Shown: piece after piece, positions 25,112 to 35,075 of the stretch
Position numbering within the stretch: the first letter of the stretch is position 1
Layout of the letters: the number at the start of each line of letters is the position of its first letter
Assembly (NCBI GenBank): GCA_030141605.1
Contig: JAQGDQ010001549.1
Span: 1 to 35,075 of the forward strand
Reading direction: 5' to 3'
Source of the DNA: Tubiluchus corallicola
Lineage: Eukaryota; Animalia; Priapulida
Length of the DNA stretch: 35,075 nucleotides
Program-made: the position numbers and the translations under genes
The notes under the pieces: model-generated
Seen by the model: only the letters and a program-made list of their open reading frames with translations
Told to the model about the DNA's origin: nothing
Databases searched by the model: none

Positions 25112-26240
25112 TTAACAGACTCTTGGGTATGGTACAACAGCATGGATGCGCAGTTTTGTTAAAGACCAAAAGCTGATCGCTGGAGTTCCAAAGACTACAA
25201 AGACCAAAAGCTGATCGTTGAGTTCCAAAGACCACAAAGACCAAAAGCTGATCGTTGGAGTTCCAAAGACCACAAAGACCAAAAGCTGATCGTTGGAGTT
25301 CCAAAGACCACAAAGACCAAAAGTTGAAAGTTGGAGTTCCAAAGACCACAAAGACCAAAAGCTCATCGTTGGAGTTCCAAAGACCACAAAGACCAAAAGT
25401 TGATCGTTGGAGTTCCAAAGACCACAAAGACCAAAAGCTCATCGTTGGAGTTCCAAAGACCACAAAGACCAAAAGCTCATCGTTGGAGTTCCAAAGACCA
25501 CAAAGACCAAAAGCTCATCGTTGGAGTTCCAAAGACCACAAAGACCAAAAGCTCATCGTTGGAGTTAAAAATACCACAAAGACCAAAAGCTGATCATTGG
25601 AGTTCCAAAGACCACAAAGACCAAAAGTTGATCGTTGGAGTTCCAAAGACCACAGAGACCAAAAGCTGATCGTTGGAGTTCCAAAGACCACAAAGACCAA
25701 AAGCTGATCGTTGGAGTTCCAAAGACCACAAAGACCAAAAGCTGATCGTTGGAGTTCCAAAGACCAAAAGCTGATTGTTGGAGTTCTTCATAGAGCAATT
25801 AGGATGGTCACAGAGATAAAGGAACTGCCTTATCAGCTGCGTCTAAAGGCTTTTTAGATAATTAATATGCTGTACAGAAAGGTCCGAGGTGATATGATAG
25901 AACTATGCAAGTTTATACATGGAATGTACAGTTTGCATGCTGATGTCCTGCAAAGAGATAATCAGACAAGAACTAGGGGACATCCATATAAGTTAAAGAA
26001 AAGGTATAGTCGCACTGCTACACGACACAGCTTCTTAAGCCTGAGGGTTGTACATCGCTGGAACAACCTCTCTGAGAATGTAATCTCCACAAACTTCGTA
26101 ACCTCTTTTATAAGCAAACTAGACAATATATGGCTGAACTACCAATGCAGCTCCGAGGCTGTACCACCTAGAAAATTTTAAAGGCGCTGACTGTTATGAT
26201 CAGTTCCCAGGCAGAGATGCCTAATGTGATATGACATAAT
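25112..26240 (+). mobile_element. 5'-truncated CR1-type LINE remnant interrupted by an internal minisatellite
   Basis: LGYGTTAWMRSFVKDQKLIAGV [repeat] LIVGVLHRAIRMVTEIKELPYQLRLKAF*IINMLYRKVRGDMIELCKFIHG...TRTRGHPYKL...RVVHRWNNL. Confidence 0.9.
25161..25786 (+). repeat. 38-bp minisatellite, ~17 copies
   Basis: Unit AAAGACCACAAAGACCAAAAGCTGATCGTTGGAGTTCC head-to-tail with no spacers; variants gctcat, gttgat, gttgaaag; last unit 29 bp. Confidence 0.97.
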
Positions 26241-26340
26241 ATGATAACATGACTCTTCGCTAGCAGTCAGTCGTAAGAATTATATTTTTCTCGGCCTATA
26301 TTCACACAACCAACCGTAGTAGCTCGCCTGCAGTGCCCAC

Positions 26341-26361
26341 GCCCTTGTTTGAGGCGATTTA
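26341..26361 (-). CDS. LDLa3-TSP1 protein, proposed short exon 6 (donor position uncertain)
   Basis: Strong pyrimidine tract ending ttaaag| after a 72-bp intron; reads KSPQTRA using a weak GC|gtgggc donor; read-through gives ...WALQASYYGWLCEYRPRKI*. Confidence 0.45.
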
Positions 26362-26433
26362 CTTTAAAAAAGAAAAAGAAACAATAAAGAAATGGTGGCG
26401 GGTATGTCAACGAAATAGCTAAAGTCCACATAC

Positions 26434-26611
26434 CCACAGACAGACCCTTTAGGCTTGCAAGTTCTTTTCTTTGTAGTGAATCCTTGCGGAGTACCACAAG
26501 GAGAACATTTGCCCTGATGGGACCATTTGCTCCATTTACCAATGGAAACAGGTGGTTCAGTGGTCACTGTAGTCGTGATTTCTGTTGTTGTTGCCACGGT
26601 GGTGTAATAAT
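26434..26611 (-). CDS. LDLa3-TSP1 protein exon 5 (178 bp, phase 1-2): Thr-rich stalk and TSP1 repeat
   Basis: tttgtttttaag|...GG|gtatgt; DYYTTVATTTEITTTVTTEPPVSIGKWSKWSHQGKCSPCGTPQGFTTKKRTCKPKGSVCG (WSxWS, CS.CG, RTC). Confidence 0.88.
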
Positions 26612-28272
26612 CTTAAAAACAAATCTAGAATTAATCTGAAAGCTGACCCGTATATCCCAGCTAAAAATTAAGTAGTCATAGTTTCAAAAAAATGAAACGT
26701 TAAAAAGAAAACAGTTAATCGAAAGCAACTTTAGCGATTTATGACTGCAGTTGAAGTTTTATGAACCTAAGGTCAAGCTAAAGTATATATATATAGCCAA
26801 AACTTAGGCCTGTTTAAGACAATTGATACGTAAAATTGTTCTACGTACTTTATATTGATGAACGCAACTATGTAAAATATCTAAATAACGAAAAAACTAA
26901 GACTCGAGGGTTCTCTGCGCATGCGTGGCATTTAAATCAGTGGCTGCTCTACAACTACAAGTTAGCTTCAACACATTTATAAGTTATAAGCCTAATAATT
27001 TTATGATCAAAATAATTTTAAACATTAAAAGTCAACATAATATAATGAATAAACAAACGGTAATCATCTGTGATTAACTGCTTCTTTTGACAATGTAATA
27101 AACGACAATGGAGAACATAAATGTTCTAAATGTTCTATTTCTATGATTATGTCTATGTCTATGTCCATGTCCATATCTATGTCGCTGCGACGATTGTGTC
27201 ACTTAAACCTCGCTGCTTTTGCTCTATGAAATCTGTGATATTCAAATAATACAATAATAGATCCATTGTTTAGAAATCTGAACAATTTTGCAACTTTTCA
27301 GAAGCTAATACTGTAAGTGACTTCTGCAGAGTGGAGTTAAGACTGGATCAATATGGATCAGCAGAGTTAGGGCGCGGGTCATTCTATGGCAGCTGGGTCA
27401 TGGATATGACTCAAACTGGATCTGAGTTACGGTTTCCGTGGGTCACGTTGGTGGTGCGTTAACTAAAATCGTAAGCAACAATTGCCCCTTTTCCACTCCT
27501 TTAAAGCAAAAGCCATATCTCGCGGGAAGCTGAGCTCATTTTAATATTTGGAGAAAATGTTAGAAAGTTTCAGCAATAAAATTGTGATAAGCATCTCGTG
27601 TAATTAGTAAAATGAATTTAAAGTTGTGATTGCTTCACGGCTTGGCTTGGGTGCGCTCATTTTAGACGAAAAATGGCGTCATTCGATTACCGTGCAATAT
27701 AAACACTTATACAGAATCTTTTATAACTTATAGAGCATAGGAGAGGCACCTACTACGTGCTGGCAAGTTTACATGCGTATGTAAAAGTCAACAAAAATCT
27801 GTAAATTAATTATTACACAATTAATGTTAATTACTTACATATTTTAAGGTGTAATCCTGTAGATTAAAGCAATGCAACCACTTTAAATTTGATCATAATT
27901 GGTCGAATGAGTAATTTTTAGATAAACACAGTTAAACACAACATTAGAATAACGGAACTTCTAAGCAAATTGTAAAAATTTTGCAACGCGACCTTCACCA
28001 CAGTTTGCTTTCAAAGCAATCACGCTGCCCAGCATACACCAGCTTACGTCATTTTTAAACATGCCAGCAGCAACATTCGTTTGGCGGGAAATAAGAAATA
28101 TTTAAATTTCTTTTACATTTTTAAGCAAAGCATTCTTTAAGCAAAATAACCTGCGCACATTTTGTATTGTGATTTCAATATTTTTCATTGTACATTAAAA
28201 TGCAATAAATGTTGTTGATTCTTCCTTTAATCCTTCTATTGCTTGCCGAGCTTTGATGAAAATCGTCATTAC

Positions 28273-28395
28273 CGTCACAGTCATCCTCGTCGCTGCCGTC
28301 GTTGCAGTCGTAATAACCATCACAGGTGACATTGTCACTGACGCACATCATACCGTCAGCACACTTGTGGTAATATTCTAAGCAAGTATATGCAC
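28273..28395 (-). CDS. LDLa3-TSP1 protein exon 4: LDL-receptor class A repeat 3 (123 bp, phase 1-1)
   Basis: tttattttag|...G|gtaatg; GAYTCLEYYHKCADGMMCVSDNVTCDGYYDCNDGSDEDDCD (6 Cys, CDG..DC.DGSDE). Confidence 0.95.
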
Positions 28396-28615
28396 CTAAA
28401 ATAAACAAAAATAGTAAACAAGAGGAAATAGTTTATTTCTAAACATGTACTAATTACCCTTGTTTCAAAGCCATTGTAAACTTGTAATATTCATCAATAA
28501 TTAAGCACATATTTTAATTACTTGTTCTTAATTATTTAATAAAATAATTTGATTAAAGTTTATTTATTCTTGTGGTTAATGCTGCTTGCTGATTATTGTT
28601 GTTTATTGCGTGGCG

Positions 28616-28939
28616 TGTGAGGTAGCCACGATGGGCAGGGCAAACTATCAAGACTTTATTTAATAAACTACACATTTATTAAATATCAAACACAAGACGG
28701 TAAATATAAGAGGATAGTAATGCCAGCCCTCCGTCTTCAAGTCAGTTCCTAATCTCCCCGAGGTGCGGGCCTCAAAACACTTTTGTTTAACTACCTAATG
28801 CGCCGTGAGCTTCTGCGCATAAGGATTGCATCATCAATCTTTACTTCGAGTCAGCCGGTCGAACATCAGCTGATCACGTGACGACTCACCTAACTAGGTT
28901 TCTACCCACGACGATAGTTTAATCTTGCATCGTCAAACA
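28616..28939 (-). mobile_element. Probable degraded solo LTR related to 21809-22209
   Basis: Minus strand begins tgtttgacgatgcaagattaaac, has AATAAA near its end and ends ctacctcaca; no TSD seen. Confidence 0.4.
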
Positions 28940-29447
28940 TTTTATAATTTAATCACCAATTTAATCAAAATCATTATTTAACACAGCTTTCCTTTGCTAC
29001 GTGCATTTTAGCCTTTCGCACGCACACGCGCATCAAATTTCTGTTCGCACGCACTCAGCAAATTCACACGCAAGTTTACAATCAACTGGCTTCCTTTCTC
29101 ATGATATCAACCAAAACATAATTAGTGGTACTAATCTCAATAAAACAATGACGTTCTCGAGCCTCACGATGTATGTTTACTAAAGGCTAATACAATTATT
29201 GAAAATTAAGCTTTTTGGATGCCATTAATTCATCAAATTCATCAACAGTTCTTTCACATTTTTTGCTTTAATATTTTATTTTAATAATTTGATTTTGATA
29301 TCCAAAAAAGCCAAAAATTTTGGGGCATAATTTGCCTCTCCTAGGCACCAGCCAGGAGCGAGATGGTCCCCGGGGTTTCTCCCGCTCATTTTTACATCAG
29401 ATTTTAGGCAAGTCTGAATTATTCAACAGTCAAGTGGTCACGATGTA

Positions 29448-29527
29448 TGATTAGTGATCGAAGTTAAGCAATACCAAGACTGTTCAGTAAGTAAATGGCG
29501 ACTACCGCATTCAGTACTCGTATAGGC
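29448..29527 (+). pseudogene. Degenerate 5S rRNA-derived fragment (5S pseudogene or 5S-derived SINE segment)
   Basis: cgaagttaagca...ttcagta...atggcgactacc...taggc is colinear with animal 5S CGAAGTTAAGCA...GTTAGTACTTGGATGGGTGACCGCC...TAGGC (recalled consensus). Confidence 0.5.
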
Positions 29528-29684
29528 AGTTTGAATTGCGTACTAAAGTTACTCGACACTAAATAAATCAATATTTTGATTCTAAAATTGCAAAAAACAG
29601 AAAACTAGCAAAAATAAATTTTTGTAGTAAAAGTTCTATAAATACAAAAGAAAAAATAAATACTTTCGGTGGAATTGAACTCAC

Positions 29685-29804
29685 CGCAGTTTGATTCATC
29701 GCTGGCGTCTTTGCAGTGCTGAAAACCGTCGCATCTGTACGCCGCTAGGTAGCACTGGTGGCCATTGTTACATTTTAAAAATCCATCGTTGCATGAAAAC
29801 GAAG
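29685..29804 (-). CDS. LDLa3-TSP1 protein exon 3: LDLa repeat 2 (120 bp, phase 1-1)
   Basis: tttttttaag|...G|gtgagt; ASFSCNDGFLKCNNGHQCYLAAYRCDGFQHCKDASDESNC. Not in ORF track. Confidence 0.95.
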
Positions 29805-29950
29805 CTTAAAAAAAACAACTAATCGCTTAAATACGTTAAACCTGCATTACTGAAAGTATTTTTAAAAATCACTAATGCTTGTTAATAAATACATGGATGA
29901 CCTATAATTATGGGAGTCATTATCATTGCAACTTGCTAAAAATCCTTTTT

Positions 29951-30220
29951 CCTTTTTTAATTAATTTCTGTCTGATGTCACAAATCTCCCTTCAATATTT
30001 TTATTTGACTTATAACTGCCGTTTCTGATTCTACATTTGTAATTTATCTAATCGCCAACAGATGGCAGCACCATGCAGCAACTATCCTTTTTTAATTAAT
30101 TGCTGTCTGATGTCACAGATCTTTCTTTAATATTTTTATTTCACTTATCACTGCCATTTCTGATTTTACATTTGTAATTTTTCTAATTGCCAACAGATGG
30201 CAGCACCATGCAGCAACTAG
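29951..30220. repeat. 135-bp tandem duplication (2 copies)
   Basis: ccttttttaattaatt...gccaacagatggcagcaccatgcagcaacta starting at 29951 and 30086. Confidence 0.93.
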
Positions 30221-30373
30221 CCAAAGTTGAATTAAATTTTACTTTGCACTGTAGGTATAAATAAACTAAACTCAGCTAAACTAAGCTGTTACTTACTGTA
30301 ATTAGATGCAGATCAAAGAAAGGTTTATTTTCGTGACTTAAATTTGAAATGGTTTTAATTGCCAATTTCTTAC

Positions 30374-30505
30374 CACAGTTCAATTCGTCTGAACTATCAG
30401 TGCAGTCTTTAAAACTGTCACAGACAAAGTCTTCGGGTATGCATTGGACACCAGAACTCTGATCCACACAAGTAAACTCGTTACTCAAGCACTGGCACTC
30501 ACTAA
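30374..30505 (-). CDS. LDLa3-TSP1 protein exon 2: end of signal peptide and LDLa repeat 1 (132 bp, phase 1-1)
   Basis: ccattcttccag|...G|gtaaga; VSECQCLSNEFTCVDQSSGVQCIPEDFVCDSFKDCTDSSDELNC. Confidence 0.95.
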
Positions 30506-30769
30506 CTGGAAGAATGGCAAAAAATCAATAGTTTTATAGAGAAGTCGTAAAATGGTGTCGTATGGTGGGAAAGTTGCTTCATTGTTGTTTTATTCCAAGC
30601 TCCAGTATTTCATTTGCAAACCGATACTTTCCTTCTTTATGCCTATATTTAATTTATATTGGATTAAAATGCATTATTAGTTAATTAACTAATTATCTAG
30701 TGATTAATTAGTTAAAAGCTCCGAGTTAGTACATAAAGTGAAAACCCGTATTAATAGCTGAATTAATTT

Positions 30770-31630
<861 letters not shown>

Positions 31631-31656
31631 CATTTACCTAAGAAGACTACACTTAC

Positions 31657-31717
31657 CTGATATAAACCTAAACGTAAGAAATAGAAAAATAATCACATCA
31701 CTCTTTAACGAATCCAT
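31657..31717 (-). CDS. LDLa3-TSP1 protein exon 1: start codon and signal peptide (61 bp, phase 1)
   Basis: ATG at 31717; MDSLKSDVIIFLFLTFRFIS then consensus donor CAG|gtaagt; joins in frame to VSEC-QC. Confidence 0.8.
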
Positions 31718-32746
31718 TTAAGCACTTAAATCGCACGTTACGACATCACGGCAAAATGGTTTATTGTGAGAGTTAATGCTTCAACACTATATTATGAAAT
31801 CACTTTAATCTCTCAAATATCACATGTTTTCTTCTGCAAAACGATTAGAATATGTTCATTAATTCATGGTCTCATTAGTTTAGTGAATTAACTCAATTTC
31901 CCGCGAATATATGCCAACTACGTTTCTGTGAATTTTTCTGACTCACAACACCATAACCCTGCACAGTTTAGATGTCATTTACTAAACACAAAAAAATCTA
32001 TAGTCAACTGTACTTTAAGCTTTATAGCCAGGATGCTGCAGTTGCACATGCGTAGAAACCATTTCTCATTTACTTTTTTCTGCCAAGTAACGAATATGTC
32101 CAGCAGCTATTGGTACTAACAACCCTAGTTACACTCTCAGTGACTGTAAGGTTAAGGTTTAACGTTTTCAAGGTCTGTGGGAGTCATAACAGTGCCCATC
32201 TCTTGCACAGACCTGCACTTTTAGTACATACTAACCCACCTCATTTCAGAATGATGTAAATTTATACTCGAATTTAAACCTCCTCGCGGAAAATAGAGTA
32301 ATTTTGGTGAAAATATGAACTTTTACAAGCCATAGTTACGCCATGGTAAGTCGAATATGACGTAGGAAATAAATCATTCGCCCATAACCGGTCTACTTGT
32401 GTGTGCAATTAAACAGGATTTAGATTCTGCTTTATTCTACGTTTCAACGACCTTGACATTTAACCTAACAACTGCTTTATAGTGTAAATAAAACGGCAAC
32501 GCCATTTTAATTACATTTACTAGCGTATCAGCTGCAGAGCCACTGAAAACTTTAAAGCAAAACCGGACCCCATCTTAAACTGTAGTGCAAAACAATCTAC
32601 TTTTTAAAAATATTGAAAAGAAACATACAATTTTTCAAAAATGACTTACGTGTGAGAATTATTACCATGCAAACACAATTTCACACTCGCGCCACTAGTT
32701 CTTCGCTGTTACATGCATTTCGTCATTCGCTAGTTAGACGGGTACT

Positions 32747-33125
32747 AGCGCCTGCATTTCGGAAACGCTTTGCATAAAAAACAGATGGCGTACCTCTCAG
32801 TTCATATGTGTTAGTTTGTGACGAACTGCACACGTTCGACAGCTCATGCGTGAGCACAGTGGTAAACTTGAAATTTGAATTTTTACCTTGAACTTGCTAG
32901 TTTTAGTACAACACACTGAATATCTTACAGTAGCACTGTACTTCAATTTTCGCTTTCCCAAACACGTGCAACACGCTCGCGGAGTAATTTTGCTCTTGGA
33001 AATTATGTGAGTTTGTGATGTCATCAATAGTTGGGTTAGGCCACCGTTAATTAAGTTTTTAATCTATTATTTAATTATCAGAAACGCTTCTGCAGTATTA
33101 ATTGCGTTAAAATGTATACTTTTAA
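32747..33125 (-). mobile_element. Interspersed repeat family A, copy 2
   Basis: Reverse-complement match to 1778-2114. Confidence 0.8.
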
Positions 33126-33801
33126 ATGTTTTAACATATTAAAATATGTCTAAAGTAAAAATTTGTATTAGTATATGGTATAGTACCCTTTCTTCGTTTA
33201 AATTTGTAACTTTAATAAGTCGTCATGTGCATCTGCAGTACACGCTATATTAACACCTCGTCTTAATGATTATCTTTCTTGACTGATTAAACTTATTGGG
33301 TAGATAAATTAACTACGCAAGTTTCAATATCAAATATTTGTAAAACTTACCAAGATGGCAGAAAAGGGAACATTTTGTGGAACGCACATTATCCCTGACG
33401 TGTGAATCCTCTTGTACTTATAAAATTAAAACATTCTTCACAAACAAAGCTTTAAAATTCATCTTGAATTCGTCTTGTATGTACCTACATGCTGGCTTAT
33501 CGCACACAGGGCTTGCATTTGCAGTAGCGGTGTATAAAACTTGTAAATTTAAGCTCCAACCGTGACCGTTAGGTATAGCCCTAAGTCGTTTGAGATACGT
33601 TTAGACGACTTTGTGTAAAGTTTTAAAAAATAATCGGAGCAATCGTGCACAATCGATAAGAGCAATCGTACACATTCGTTTCTAACAAAGCAAAGAATAA
33701 ATCACTTTATATTGTCAATAAGTTCGATAACGTTTTTATGAACCATTGATGCACACTGGGAAGGTGATTCGGCGACATTTTGCTAGTTGTCGCGAACATT
33801 T

Positions 33802-33997
<196 letters not shown>

Positions 33998-34872
33998 GAA
34001 GAATTTTTACTCCAATTTCATAAAGTCTTTCAAACAGCTAAGCGTAATGCTAAGTAACATAACTTGGCATGAAAAGAGGTACATCTTAAAATTCAACTTT
34101 CTTGCCCTTTAACGCTATCTATGTAGGCCAATATACCGGATGTTTAATGATAAAGCGGTGCCTATAATAATTATTCTATTAGTTACTTAAAGCTAGATTT
34201 CAGTTACAAGATACTAAACATCAGTGTTTATATCAATGAAATTTTAGAGCTGTACTAAGCTTACGTAATTTTCCCAATATTGCTGGGACCGTTCAGCCCC
34301 GATAAGCATTTTGCTAAACGGTTTCTTGAATTTTATATAGCATGTAAATATAGTAGAAACTCGACAATTAACTTTATAGCCAAACGTACATTACATGATG
34401 TAAACTCAATAATGGGTTTCAACTTGTATAAAATTCTTATAGAAAATAATGTTACCCTAGAAGACTTACTTTCAAACTTTCGTGAACTATCTCGTAAATT
34501 TGTAAAAAGATGCGAGTTCAGTTCCAGGCAACTAGCGACAATAAACTTAGCAAAGGATTGTATAAATTGTATTGAAAGCAAGAATTTTAATTTTTTATCA
34601 AAGTATCAATTGAGAAAGATGTTAGAATATGTGGTATCGTTTTAAATTAATTGCTTTGTATGTAAATAATATTCGTGCATGTTGTTGTTGTTGTTGTTGT
34701 CGTCGTCGTCGTCGTCGTCCTCGTCGTCGTCGTCGTTGTTGCCGTTGTTTTTGTTGTTGTTGTTGTTAGTGTTTAATATAAATTTTCACTTTTACTACCA
34801 GCCTACTAATTTCTTTTAATTGAACCACTTATGTAACTTATCTGTACACGTATGTTCGAAAATAAATTATGT
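33998..34872 (+). mobile_element. Probable 5'-truncated non-LTR retrotransposon 3' end (clade uncertain, RTE-X/Proto2-like)
   Basis: ORF 34280..34645 (KRFLEFYIACKYSRNSTINFIA...NSIMGFN) resembles post-RT C-termini of invertebrate LINEs from memory; followed by a UTR ending ctgtacacgtatgttcgaaAATAAA and an (AAT)n tail. Confidence 0.55.
34680..34768. repeat. (GTT)n(GTC)n compound microsatellite
   Basis: Direct reading. Confidence 0.95.
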
Positions 34873-34916
34873 TAATAATAATAATAATAATAATAATAGT
34901 AGTAGTAGTAGTAGTA

Positions 34917-35003
<87 letters not shown>

Positions 35004-35053
35004 TAACAGTAATAATAATAATAATAATAACAACAACAACAATAATAATAAAT
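34873..35053. repeat. (AAT)n(AGT)n(AAT)n microsatellite, likely retroelement tail or target
   Basis: Direct reading. Confidence 0.95.
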
Positions 35054-35075
35054 AAAGCTTAAAAATATATACCTT

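Noticed and set aside
25161-25786. CRISPR array (38-bp periodic repeat)
   Set aside because: Units are head-to-tail with no unique spacers, no cas genes, eukaryotic context, and the unit derives from a LINE.
24981-25798. Overlapping repetitive ORFs on both strands
   Set aside because: Translation artefacts of the 38-bp repeat; only 24985-25047 is retained as an exon.
31657-31667. 11-nt microexon (tttag|GTTTATATCAG|gtaagt)
   Set aside because: The apparent pyrimidine tract is better read as the hydrophobic signal-peptide codons in frame from ATG 31717.
32650-33416. Extra upstream minus-strand coding exons (donors at 32649 and 33350)
   Set aside because: No recognisable domain and not needed given the signal-peptide exon; could be 5' UTR exons but unsupported.

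Overview
AT-rich, intron- and repeat-rich animal (probably invertebrate) genomic DNA; no prokaryotic features. Three spliced genes can be assembled by hand. (1) Six consecutive, in-phase + strand exons of an MRP1/ABCC1-type ABC transporter (1511-7576; L0 linker and TMD1), with no next exon seen in the remaining ~27.5 kb. (2) A two-coding-exon GT49 B4GAT1-like glycosyltransferase on the - strand (20612-17031, 433 aa). (3) An approximately 257-aa secreted - strand protein largely missed by the ORF track (31717-23704): signal peptide, 3 LDL-receptor class A repeats, a Thr-rich stalk, a TSP1 repeat, a GKRR site and a short Cys tail. Genes 2 and 3 may be nested antisense in one large ABCC intron. 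The rest is MITEs (pogo/Tigger-like, piggyBac-like), CR1-type and other LINE remnants, probable solo LTRs, mini- and microsatellites. A CRISPR-looking 38-bp array (25161-25786) is a minisatellite born from the RT coding sequence of a LINE. I see no clear evidence of a wholly new system; the best leads are the LDLa3-TSP1 protein, the possible nested gene pair and the LINE-born minisatellite. All calls were made by eye, without database searches.
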